A stretch of DNA of 64,000 bases, from the NCBI GenBank assembly GCA_050011565.1, contig JBEKIW010000004.1:64001-128000 (forward strand), in the 5' to 3' direction. Positions within the stretch are counted from its first letter, which is position 1; each line of letters starts with the position of its first letter. Below are positions 20,693 to 29,751 of the stretch, one piece after another. The position numbers were made by a program, and so were the translations under genes. Under the pieces are notes generated by a model, which worked only from the letters and a program-made list of their open reading frames with translations, was not told the DNA's origin and made no database searches. The stretch comes from Dehalococcoidia bacterium. GTDB lineage: Bacteria > Chloroflexota > Dehalococcoidia > GIF9 > UBA5629.

Positions 20693-20965
20693 GTGTGCCT
20701 CCTTTAAATGTTAAACTCCCTATGAAAGTGCCGCTGACAAGAGTTGATGTCGACCATCGACCACTAGTCAATCGCCGCACCTAGGTTTCTAATCCATCTC
20801 AATTTGCTGTATCTAGTCTCAATTCCGAAGATTACCGACAATCTTCGTACGGGCAAATGCACTGATTGAGTCTCGGAAAAACCTTCTAAGCTCAACCCTC
20901 AATTACGCCCGTATATTATAATATAGATTTCGTCGTTTGGAAAGTATCTGATATCTCGTACTTAC

Positions 20966-21796
20966 CTAGGTCGACCGGTGATGGATTTCTTCAATTTTGT
21001 AATGCAGGATACCGGCCGGTGCCTTTACCTCGACGTTTTGCCCTTTTATACATCCGAGCAAGGCTTGACCCATGGGTGAGGCAACTGAGATTTTGCCTTC
21101 CATTGCATTAGCTTCACTGATATCAACAAGTGTATAGCGTACCTGTTCTCCTGAAGCTATATCCCGTAGCACCGCCGTATCACCAAAACTTATTTCTCGG
21201 CTACCGGCTTGTTGCTCGTCCACTAAAGCAACCATTTTCAGAGTTGATTCCAGCTGTTTAATACGCGCCTCTACGTGTCCTTGATGCTCCCTGGCCGCTT
21301 CAAGAGGCGCATTTTCGCGGAAATCCTTATCTGAGGCAGCTTTCTTCAGTTCTTCAGCTATACGCGGGCGACCTTTTTTAAGGCTGTTAAGCTCCGCCTG
21401 TAAATCAGTGTAACCTTGATTAGTCAGCAATACCTTCCGGTAGGAGCGCCGTTTTATAGACGTAGATTTGGGTGGTGTTTTTTTGCTCTTCAGATGGACT
21501 GCAAGGTTCTTTTTGGTCATGCCCTGCTTGTGTATGTAAGTAAGAAAGTTTTTAATTATCCCTAATTTCTCGGCTACTTCAGTCGTTGAAGAGGTGATCT
21601 GCTCAGCATAGTTGGCGACTTCCGGAATGGTTAGCCCGATCAGCGGGCGTTTTTCTCCATACCAACGTACAAATTTGTATACTTCTTGTTGGGCTTTTAG
21701 CCTTTCGTCTGAGGATAATGTTAGAAGAAACTGAGTGGCAGCCTCTCCTAGACTATAATCAGATAGAGCTGAATCAGGTGTGTTTTTTGAGGCCAT
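20966..21796 (-). CDS. greA: Transcription elongation factor GreA with ~115-aa N-terminal extension
   Basis: C-terminal DFRENA..EAARE, RI..LE and ISVASPMGQALLG motifs. Confidence 0.9.
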   Translation of the reverse strand: MASKNTPDSALSDYSLGEAATQFLLTLSSDERLKAQQEVYKFVRWYGEKRPLIGLTIPEVANYAEQITSSTTEVAEKLGIIKNFLTYIHKQGMTKKNLAVHLKSKKTPPKSTSIKRRSYRKVLLTNQGYTDLQAELNSLKKGRPRIAEELKKAASDKDFRENAPLEAAREHQGHVEARIKQLESTLKMVALVDEQQAGSREISFGDTAVLRDIASGEQVRYTLVDISEANAMEGKISVASPMGQALLGCIKGQNVEVKAPAGILHYKIEEIHHRST

Positions 21797-21881
21797 CCCT
21801 TTGCTCTAAGACGGCGTTAATAATAGAACATGGAGACGGGCTGTGTCAAATATAGCGGGAATTCAGGTTTCTGATACCTCG

Positions 21882-22766
21882 CTATGATGATACTGCGTAG
21901 CCTATAAACTTGTAGGCCAGTTTAGCTGCCAGAAAGGCGCAGGAATCGGTGTAGTCCTTGGGGCACAGTTCCACCAGGTCGAAACCAATGACACGTTTAT
22001 GACGAGTTACATAACTTAATAAATTCAGGACTTCGTGCCATTGCATTCCGCCTGGTTCAGGAGTGCCCACTGCCGGCATAACTGAAAGGTCAAAGACGTC
22101 TAAATCGATTGATACGTACACGTTGTCGCTTAATGAGGTTGTTATATTCTCAGGTGGAGCTAAATCTGAGCTTGATGTTGTGATATAGAAGGGATGCATT
22201 TTATTTTGGGTTAAAAACTCCCGCTCCTCCAAACTTAAGCTTCGTACTCCAACTTGCACGATAGGGCAGAGTTCATGAATACGGCGCATTACGCAGGCAT
22301 GGCTATATTTGGTTCCTAAATATTCGTCTCTGAGGTCGGCATGTGCATCTAGCTGCAGCACACAAACATCCTGCATCTTTTCTTTCAGGGCTTGAACCAT
22401 GCCGAGGCTAAGGGAGTGCTCACCGCCAAACATTACAGGGAATTTCCCTTGTTTTACCAGTTCACCCGCAATACGATAAACCCGTTCAATCATCTTTTCC
22501 GGGCTATTTAACAAGGGTTGGACTGCCGGTAAAGTATGAATTCCGACTTTATATATCTCGCGGTTGAGTTCAATATCATAAAGTTCTAAATATTGCGAAG
22601 CGTTGATAATAGCCTGCGGCCCTTCGCGCGTGCCGCTATGCCATTCGGTAGTGCTGTCATAGGGCACTGGTAAAATCACCACTCTGGCAGTTTGCACGTC
22701 GGAGTAAGGGGATGACAATCCGGCGAAGTTTTGCCCGGGGGAGAGCAGGTCCTCTATGTTTTCCAT
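21882..22766 (-). CDS. speB: Agmatinase
   Basis: GGEHS, DAHADLR, SIDLD, GTPEPGG and DLVEL motifs. Confidence 0.92.
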   Translation of the reverse strand: MENIEDLLSPGQNFAGLSSPYSDVQTARVVILPVPYDSTTEWHSGTREGPQAIINASQYLELYDIELNREIYKVGIHTLPAVQPLLNSPEKMIERVYRIAGELVKQGKFPVMFGGEHSLSLGMVQALKEKMQDVCVLQLDAHADLRDEYLGTKYSHACVMRRIHELCPIVQVGVRSLSLEEREFLTQNKMHPFYITTSSSDLAPPENITTSLSDNVYVSIDLDVFDLSVMPAVGTPEPGGMQWHEVLNLLSYVTRHKRVIGFDLVELCPKDYTDSCAFLAAKLAYKFIGYAVSS

Positions 22767-22769
22767 ATC

Positions 22770-23165
22770 TCAAACTGAGCGGAGTTGAGCCGTATCCGCA
22801 ACTTCGGGGAGTTCAGCCATCTTCCAATCGCGGTTTATAAGGCGACTTGACAGTCTAGTTAGTTGAAATTTGTCCTTGAAGTCCTTCACGACCTGCTCGG
22901 CATTAAAATTCTTGCAGGAGAAAACGTCTATATTTATGTAACAACGTTCGACGAAAGTATGAATGCTGACATGGCTTTCGGCGATAAAAACGAATCCGGA
23001 TATTCCCCAGTCTTCAGGCTTCGAGCCGATGTATTTAAAAACGTGCGGAGATGAAATCTTTGTCATGTCAATCCGGGCAGGATATGAGTCCAACAGTTGA
23101 TAGATAAATTGCTCATCCTGCATTAATCTTGGATTATCTCCATAGCCATCAATAGTCAGATGCAT
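22770..23165 (-). CDS. Pyruvoyl-dependent AdoMetDC (SpeD class 1B)-family decarboxylase; substrate uncertain
   Basis: HL.IDGY, GISGFV.IAESHVSIHT and DVFSC motifs. Confidence 0.85.
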   Translation of the reverse strand: MHLTIDGYGDNPRLMQDEQFIYQLLDSYPARIDMTKISSPHVFKYIGSKPEDWGISGFVFIAESHVSIHTFVERCYINIDVFSCKNFNAEQVVKDFKDKFQLTRLSSRLINRDWKMAELPEVADTAQLRSV

Positions 23166-23173
23166 GGTTCCCC

Positions 23174-24397
23174 CTAAAGCAAAATTCTCCTTAGCTCGAA
23201 AAGTGCTGCCGTGACCGCTCTTTGCTTTATTTGTAGGCGGTTACCAGGGTAGTTTTTAGCAAAACTCTGCTTACTCCGCCCGTCATCAAGGCTAACAAAG
23301 ATGGTACCGATTGACTGCCCCTCAATTTCAGCGGGCCCCATTACCCCGGTGAGACCGACACCGATAGATGTCCTGAGCGTTTCTCTAGCCGTTGTTGCCA
23401 TAGCCTCGCATGTTTCCATGCTTACAGTTCCGTATCGAGATATACACTGCGGGTCAAGGCCGAAAGCCGCTCTCGACGCTTCGCTATAAGCAACCAGTCC
23501 TCCCGCAAAATATTTAGAGCTGCCGGGAACATTGGTGATAACATTGGCTAAAGAACCACCAGTATAAGACTCCATAGTGGCAAGGGTTAGCTTTTTGGAC
23601 GACAGTAAATTTCCGACGATGCTCTCCAGTGTTTCAGGGTCTGTTCCCCATATATAATCATTTAAAATCCCCCTGATGTCACTTTCTCGTTGGTTAATAA
23701 GCTTTTGCGCTTTGTCTTCGGTCTGTGCTTTAGCCGTGATGCGCAGGTAAATGCCATCAATTTTAGCATACGTAGCCAATGTCGGATTTGTAGAGGGAAG
23801 AAACGGGCTTGCTCTCTCGTCTACCTCTGCTTCGGTCAGGCCGAAGGTCTTAAGGGTTTTGGAAACAATTACAGCGCCGGATGACCTCTGTTGCAACCTG
23901 GGCACTATTTCTTTCGTCCACATCAATTCCATCTCACGTGGTGGGCCAGGCATGGTAATAATTATTCGATTATCGTTTTCCACCCACCAGCCCGGTGCGG
24001 TGCCCCTGGGGTTCGGGACAATTTCTGCTGAGGGAATTACTGTAGCCTGCTTGATGTTGCTTGGTGGCATTTCTCTCTTGAAATATCTGAATAGCTCTTC
24101 GAATTTCTGGACGAGAGCGTAGTCAACCGTAAGTTTTTCTCCGAGGAACTCAGCTATTGCTTCTCGAGTGATATCATCTTGGGTCGGTCCTAAACCGCCG
24201 GTAGTGATAATGATATCGGATCTTTGCCATCCTTGCTTTAAGGTTTCGATTAGCCTGCCCTGGTTGTCGCCAACCATTGATATAAAGTTAAGGTCAAGGC
24301 CAAGCAAAGGTAGCTGGCTCGCGAGATAAGCGGAATTTGTATCGATGATGTCCCCCAAAAGAAGCTCGGTGCCAATCGAGATTATTTCTGCCTTCAT
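23174..24397 (-). CDS. cinA: CinA-family protein (MoCF-like domain plus PncC-like domain)
   Basis: IGTELLLG, GGLGPTQDD, NPRGTAPG and ES.TGG motifs. Confidence 0.93.
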   Translation of the reverse strand: MKAEIISIGTELLLGDIIDTNSAYLASQLPLLGLDLNFISMVGDNQGRLIETLKQGWQRSDIIITTGGLGPTQDDITREAIAEFLGEKLTVDYALVQKFEELFRYFKREMPPSNIKQATVIPSAEIVPNPRGTAPGWWVENDNRIIITMPGPPREMELMWTKEIVPRLQQRSSGAVIVSKTLKTFGLTEAEVDERASPFLPSTNPTLATYAKIDGIYLRITAKAQTEDKAQKLINQRESDIRGILNDYIWGTDPETLESIVGNLLSSKKLTLATMESYTGGSLANVITNVPGSSKYFAGGLVAYSEASRAAFGLDPQCISRYGTVSMETCEAMATTARETLRTSIGVGLTGVMGPAEIEGQSIGTIFVSLDDGRSKQSFAKNYPGNRLQIKQRAVTAALFELRRILL

Positions 24398-24417
24398 CGT
24401 AAGTCGTGCCCGTTACG

Positions 24418-25713
24418 TCAACATCTAATCGTAGAAATTCCCAAGTATTTCTCTACCAATGCCATGGCGCAGTACTTGCCGCACATACTACAGGCTGGCC
24501 CGCCAGCGCTATATTTACTATGAATTGTTTTAACTTTTTCAGGGTCTAAAGACAGCTCGGCCTGCAATTCCCAATCAAGGTTCTTCCTGGCCATTGACAT
24601 TTTCCTATCCCATTCACTGGCTCGTTTTGTGCCTCTAACGATGTCGGCGGCGTGGGCGGCAATGCGCGAAGCTATTACACCGATTTTTACATCTTCAACA
24701 TCCGGTAGTGAAAGATGTTCTGTGGGAGTGACATAACATAGAAAATCAGCTCCCGAAGCGGCAGCAATGGCACCGCCGATAGCTGCTGTAATGTGGTCAT
24801 AGCCGGCACCGATGTCTGTTACCAGCGGGCCGAGAACATAAAACGGAGCGCCGTGACAGAGGCTCTTCTCTAGCTGAACATTAGCGGCAATTTGATTTAA
24901 CGGTAGGTGTCCTGGTCCCTCAACCATTGTTTGCACCCCGGCTTCTCTACCACGATCTACGAGTTCTCCGAGAGTAATCAGCTCTTCAACTTGAGCCCGG
25001 TCGGTGGCATCAGCTATGCTGCCGGGACGCATGCCATCACCCAGACTTAGAGTTACGTCAAATTTACGGGCTATATCTAACAGACGGTCAAAGTATTCAT
25101 ACAGCGGGTTCTCGCGGTCGTTGTATAATATCCAACCGATAAGAAATGCGCCTCCACGGGAGACAACATCGGTTAATCTTTTCTGATGTTTTAATCGGGC
25201 TATGGCGGCTCGAGTGACGCCGCAATGTACAGTCATAAAGTCGACGCCATCCTTTGCCTGCTGCTCAATAACAGAGAAGATTTGGTCTACAGACATGTTT
25301 ACAATTGCACCATATCTTTCAATGGCTTCAATCCCTGTTTGGTATATCGGCACAGTACCTACAGGTAAAGTACTGGCAGCTATGATAGATTGGCGGATCG
25401 CTGAGATGTCGCCCCCGGTACTCAGATCCATAACCGCATCAGCACCAAAGCGTGTAGCGGTAAGGAGCTTTTCCAGCTCGCTGTCCATGTTGCCATACTC
25501 TGACGAAGTGCCGATGTTGGCATTGACCTTAACCGAAAGCTCTACACCAATGCCACGTGAAACCAGGCTAGTATGATTAATGTTAGACGGGATTACTATT
25601 TTACCTTCAGCCACGTATTGCCCGACAATCTCAGGGCTTACGCTTTCCTGTTGCGCTACGTGTTTCACTTGGGGTGATAGTATACCCCGGTTTGCCAACT
25701 CCAATTGACCCAT
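24418..25713 (-). CDS. thiC: Phosphomethylpyrimidine synthase
   Basis: [27 protein letters not shown] and CSMCGKYC motifs; TPP riboswitch upstream. Confidence 0.95.
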   Translation of the reverse strand: MGQLELANRGILSPQVKHVAQQESVSPEIVGQYVAEGKIVIPSNINHTSLVSRGIGVELSVKVNANIGTSSEYGNMDSELEKLLTATRFGADAVMDLSTGGDISAIRQSIIAASTLPVGTVPIYQTGIEAIERYGAIVNMSVDQIFSVIEQQAKDGVDFMTVHCGVTRAAIARLKHQKRLTDVVSRGGAFLIGWILYNDRENPLYEYFDRLLDIARKFDVTLSLGDGMRPGSIADATDRAQVEELITLGELVDRGREAGVQTMVEGPGHLPLNQIAANVQLEKSLCHGAPFYVLGPLVTDIGAGYDHITAAIGGAIAAASGADFLCYVTPTEHLSLPDVEDVKIGVIASRIAAHAADIVRGTKRASEWDRKMSMARKNLDWELQAELSLDPEKVKTIHSKYSAGGPACSMCGKYCAMALVEKYLGISTIRC

Positions 25714-25726
25714 GTTATCTCCTAAA

Positions 25727-25771
25727 GAAAAAAACCAAGAGCTTTAGTAACCACTACTAAACCCTTGGTTT
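25727..25771 (-). terminator. Riboswitch expression-platform terminator
   Basis: Minus strand AAACCAAGGGTTTAGTA-gtggt-TACTAAAGCTCTTGGTTT followed by a U tract. Confidence 0.8.
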
Positions 25772-25776
25772 GATTT

Positions 25777-25876
25777 ACCGCTTCCCTACGCTTGTATTAC
25801 CAAGGTCAGGTTCTGACGGTTCTCCGCAATAACGGAGTCTCAGCCTGGTTTATTTTTCTGGGCACCCCTAGCGGTT
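25777..25876 (-). ncRNA. TPP riboswitch
   Basis: Minus strand ACCGCTAGGGGTGCC...GGCTGAGA...GAACCTGA...GGTAATAC..GCGTAGGGAAGCGGT matches the THI-box consensus. Confidence 0.95.
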
Positions 25877-25951
25877 AGCTAAAACCAATATTAAATATAT
25901 CATATAACGACGCTGAGAAACAAGTAAATTTTTAGCGAAACCATTGCTTGA

Positions 25952-27577
25952 CTATCTTCTGGCTTTATATCGCCGCCAGGTTATTGTCGCCAAGCCCACT
26001 ATCCCAGCGATAAACACTAGTGGGATAACCAGAGACAAAATAAGGACTCGACTTGACATGGGTATTACTTCAAATTCGTTAGCATCTGACCACAACCCTT
26101 CATTGCCGATGTCATCCACAGCCATTACTCGCCAGGTATAGCTGCCTATAGTTACGATGTCATCTCTGGATAAACTGTACTCTGAATCTACCAGCCCTTT
26201 CTTTAAGACAGTCGGTGATGAAAAGTCATTACCATTGGCAATCTCCAAGTTGTACGTTGTTTTACCCTGGACTTTAATATCCGACCAATCAAATGTAACA
26301 TCAGGCGCCACAAGTCCTCGTTTGTCAGCGCTTTGAAACGAGATGATTCCCATCAGTTGCTTGGCTGTCCCAAGAAATACATCACCAACTGAATCAAAAA
26401 CCGCTAATTTAGCTCCCTGCGCGGGGGATACTAGCGATGGTGCAGTAGGTGTGACTTTGTCGATTATGAAAATAGTTTCTGCCGAACCGCCTGCTCCTCC
26501 TGTAGCTTTCACTTTGTTTTCTTTGATAGTACTTTGAGGGGCTTCAAAACTGGTACTAAAGCTACCTTTATCGTCGGCAATGGCATTTGTACTGAGGTTA
26601 GTTCCTTCAAAGCTCAAGCTAATAGCTTCATCCTTGTTGAAGCCTGTTCCGTTAACAATGACCTTTGTCCCCTTGTTTCCCGAAGGCGGCTCTAATTGGA
26701 TATTTGGAACCACGTTAAAATCCATATCAGGGATGATTCCTTTAGGTGTGAAATCGCTACCAAAGATGCCAAGCAGGTGAGGTCCTTTAGTGGTGGGTGG
26801 AATATTCAAAGTAGCATTCAAGACTCCATCTGTGCCCGCTATAAGATTGACCAGGAATATTTGATTATCCCATGTAAAGGTGATCCCGTCCTCACTGGTT
26901 CGGAAGCCATATCCTTCTACTGTAATCTCCGTTCCTACCGGACCGGAGTTCGGTTGTATCTTAACAAATGGTGCAACAATGAATTTGTGCTCGCCGATTT
27001 CAGAGGCATCAGTCGAACTGCTGAAAGCACTGATATAGTATTCACCCTTAGTCGGCTCGGGGGCGTCAAAATTGACGCTCCACATACCGAGATGGTTGGC
27101 AGTAGCAGAAAACGGGAGGGCGGTTTTATTCCACGTTACTTTAATATCTTTTTCGAAGCAGACGAAGCCGTTACCAGTAACCGTAAGCGATGTATATGGC
27201 CGGCCAATACGCGGAAATATTTCTATTCCGGGCAATACGGTGAATGTAGCTGATGCGGTGCTGCCGGTCCAATTGCTGTCGTCTGTAATTCTAATGGTGT
27301 AGCTGCCTCGACAGACTGTTGGTACCTGCAAATCGAATGCTAACTCACCAGTGTCAGATATAGGTACCTTGCTCAATATAATTTGTTTATCCCAGTAGAT
27401 GGTAGCCAATCGGCCGGAGAATCCATCACCGCTGATATGCACGGATGTATTGACGGTGCCTGACGTAGGCGCTATCGTAATATTAGAAGCATGAGTGGGT
27501 ACAGGGGAGGCCAGAAATATGAGCGGGAGAACAATAATTATAGCTAAGAACGTAAGTAAAACTTTAGAATGTGCCAA
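25952..27577 (-). CDS. Secreted, membrane-anchored IPT/TIG-repeat protein (paralogue of 7283..9034)
   Basis: Signal peptide; P.SG..GT.(I/V)..G.GF repeats; YTWRVMAVD; C-terminal TM helix plus RR tail. Confidence 0.8.
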   Translation of the reverse strand: MAHSKVLLTFLAIIIVLPLIFLASPVPTHASNITIAPTSGTVNTSVHISGDGFSGRLATIYWDKQIILSKVPISDTGELAFDLQVPTVCRGSYTIRITDDSNWTGSTASATFTVLPGIEIFPRIGRPYTSLTVTGNGFVCFEKDIKVTWNKTALPFSATANHLGMWSVNFDAPEPTKGEYYISAFSSSTDASEIGEHKFIVAPFVKIQPNSGPVGTEITVEGYGFRTSEDGITFTWDNQIFLVNLIAGTDGVLNATLNIPPTTKGPHLLGIFGSDFTPKGIIPDMDFNVVPNIQLEPPSGNKGTKVIVNGTGFNKDEAISLSFEGTNLSTNAIADDKGSFSTSFEAPQSTIKENKVKATGGAGGSAETIFIIDKVTPTAPSLVSPAQGAKLAVFDSVGDVFLGTAKQLMGIISFQSADKRGLVAPDVTFDWSDIKVQGKTTYNLEIANGNDFSSPTVLKKGLVDSEYSLSRDDIVTIGSYTWRVMAVDDIGNEGLWSDANEFEVIPMSSRVLILSLVIPLVFIAGIVGLATITWRRYKARR

Positions 27578-27709
27578 TTTATACCCTTCCTCAATATTTT
27601 GTCGTTAAACAAAGTAGTTTATAGTGGTGGGAAGGAAAAATCAAATCAAAATCCTTGGGGATGTCAAAACTTGTGCTGGGGTTATCGCTACCATTAATAC
27701 GAAGTTGGC

Positions 27710-27739
27710 TTGACAATGCAAACGTCATATTGATAGACT
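27710..27739 (+). promoter_or_regulatory. tRNA-Asp promoter
   Basis: TTGACA-18 bp-TAGACT with TG extension. Confidence 0.6.
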
Positions 27740-27765
27740 TTCGCCGGTTGGGTATTTCTTAGCGT

Positions 27766-27839
27766 GGCCCCGTGGTGTAGCGGACTAACATGCCACCCTG
27801 TCACGGTGGAGATCGTGGGTTCGAATCCCATCGGGGTCG
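27766..27839 (+). tRNA. tRNA-Asp(GTC), CCA not encoded
   Basis: GGCCCCG/CGGGGTC acceptor stem, CCACC-ctGTCac-GGTGG anticodon arm, GGTTCGAATCC T-arm. Confidence 0.97.
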
Positions 27840-27919
27840 CATTCTTTATGTGCAAGTGGAATTTCCGAACCCGGATTCATTCAATCAAGATATTGCCAGT
27901 TACCTGATTTTAAAAGCAA

Positions 27920-29518
27920 TTAGCCCAGCTTACGCAGTTCCGCTCTCAAAACTTTGCCTAAAAGGTTCTTAGGCAATGCGTCAATAAATTCTACACTCTT
28001 AGGCGTTTTAAAGGTGGGCAGGCATTCCTTGCAAAAAGCTATCATCTCTTGTTCGTTAGCTTGCTCCTGCGCTTTGAGCACAACGAAAGCCTTTATTTCT
28101 TCTCCATAGGTCTTATCCGGGACGCCGATAACACCGGCTTCGGCAACCTTGTGATTTCGATAAAGAACCTCTTCTATTTCTCGTGGAGATACATTTTCTC
28201 CCCCACGGATGATAATATCCTTTTTCCGATCAGTGATGTACAGATAACCGTCTTCATCCATATAGCCTATATCACCTGTGTAAAGCCAGCCGTTCCTGAT
28301 AGCCTGTGCTGTATCCTCAGGCAGGTTCCAGTAGCCTTTCATCAAAGTAGGGCCCTTTACTACGATCTCGCCTCGTTGTCCCTGCGGTAGCTCGTGGTCG
28401 TTGTCGTCAAAAACTTTGATAACGTTGCATCTTAACAGGTTCTTGCCGATAGAGCCGTATTTAGGCGGGAGGTCAACCGGTTGTCCGGTGGTAGTGGCTC
28501 CCGATTCGGTTAGCCCCCAACCTTCTTTTATATCCACTCCTGTCTTTTCTTTCCACCTCAAGGCGATTTCCACAGGAAGTGCTGCTCCGCCGGAATTGCA
28601 GGATTGAAGTGAACTTAAATCGTATTTGTCCAGGTCTGGGAAATCCAGCATCTGTATGTACATGGTGGGCACCGCTGCCATATGTGTAATCTTAAATGAT
28701 TGAATCGCTTTCAGGGCTTCCTCGACATTCCACCACCTGAGCACGACAGCTCTTCCACCTACGAAGGAACCCATAATGCTGAAGGCAATGCCATATGAGT
28801 GAGAAAGAGGCAGCACCCCCAGGCTGATCGTGGTCCGACTAACGCCGGTAATACCCAGCGATTCTTCGATTGGTTTAAGTGTCTTGGGGTCTATGGAATA
28901 GATTGTTGAGCGAACAGTCAGTGGCAGGTGGATGAGGACATATTCAAAAAAGCATAGGGCATTGATGTAAAGAGAATAGTGGGTATGCATCACTCCTTTA
29001 GGCTGACCTGTGGTGCCGGCAGTGTAGATTAAAGCTGCAACATCATTGTTATCGGTTTCTTCTGCAATTAGTTCGTCTGAGCTATCGGACATCAGTTTAC
29101 GGTATGAGAGCGTCCCGGGAATGTCATCTTTGTCGGTCAAGATGATATATTTCAACTTGGGAGCCTGTTTCTGTGCCTCTAGAATCCATCCCAGATAATC
29201 CGAGCTGGTAAGTAAAGCTTTGGCTCCGCAATCGCGATATATATAAGAGGCCTGGTCAGGCCGAAGCAGCGGATTTAAAGGTACTACTATGCCACCTATC
29301 TTGTATATGGCAGGGAAAGCTGAAAATACAGGCGGGCTGTTTGGCATCTGCACCGCTACCTGGTCCCCTTTGCCGATTCCAAGCCCCTTTAATGCATTGC
29401 CCAGTTGATTGGCGGTGCGATTTGTTTCAGCGTTGGTATACCATCTGCCTTCGAAGTAGATACTCTCATACTCCCCGAACCTTTTAACATTGTCCTCGAT
29501 GAGACTACCGATATTCAT
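27920..29518 (-). CDS. Long-chain-fatty-acid--CoA ligase (AMP-binding)
   Basis: YTAGTTGQPKG, GWGLTES, TGDIG, DRKKD and GKVLR motifs. Confidence 0.9.
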   Translation of the reverse strand: MNIGSLIEDNVKRFGEYESIYFEGRWYTNAETNRTANQLGNALKGLGIGKGDQVAVQMPNSPPVFSAFPAIYKIGGIVVPLNPLLRPDQASYIYRDCGAKALLTSSDYLGWILEAQKQAPKLKYIILTDKDDIPGTLSYRKLMSDSSDELIAEETDNNDVAALIYTAGTTGQPKGVMHTHYSLYINALCFFEYVLIHLPLTVRSTIYSIDPKTLKPIEESLGITGVSRTTISLGVLPLSHSYGIAFSIMGSFVGGRAVVLRWWNVEEALKAIQSFKITHMAAVPTMYIQMLDFPDLDKYDLSSLQSCNSGGAALPVEIALRWKEKTGVDIKEGWGLTESGATTTGQPVDLPPKYGSIGKNLLRCNVIKVFDDNDHELPQGQRGEIVVKGPTLMKGYWNLPEDTAQAIRNGWLYTGDIGYMDEDGYLYITDRKKDIIIRGGENVSPREIEEVLYRNHKVAEAGVIGVPDKTYGEEIKAFVVLKAQEQANEQEMIAFCKECLPTFKTPKSVEFIDALPKNLLGKVLRAELRKLG

Positions 29519-29586
29519 GATTCCTCTTTCCCCGGCTTTCTAATTTTAGGCGGTAACCGATTTTAACTGCCCTGAAGGTTGATAGG

Positions 29587-29702
29587 ATAGTACACTTGTA
29601 GATTTTCAACGTCAAGTCTTGTGAAATATATAGGAATTTATTCCTATATATACTTGTCTGAAGTTGCAAAGGTTTGACTGGTAACGGGGGCTGTGCTAGT
29701 CT
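29587..29702. promoter_or_regulatory. Divergent promoters with a central palindromic operator
   Basis: Minus strand TTGACG-17-TACTAT (29615-29587); plus strand TTGACT-17-TAGTCT (29674-29702); palindrome ATATATAGGAAT-tt-ATTCCTATATAT at 29626-29651. Confidence 0.7.
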
Positions 29703-29751
29703 ACAGTTACTGTTTTTTCCGTCCAACAATTGTTAATCAGGAGGTTAATTA

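Noticed and set aside
24418-25713. BzaA/B/F benzimidazole synthase instead of ThiC
   Set aside because: The upstream element is a TPP riboswitch, not a cobalamin riboswitch, and there are no cob neighbours.
27790-27972. 60-aa ORF MPPCHGGDRGFES
   Set aside because: It is a translation of the tRNA-Asp gene.
29619-29636. Rex box TTGTGAAATATATAGGAA
   Set aside because: The right half deviates strongly from TTCACAA; the overlapping perfect palindrome explains the site better.
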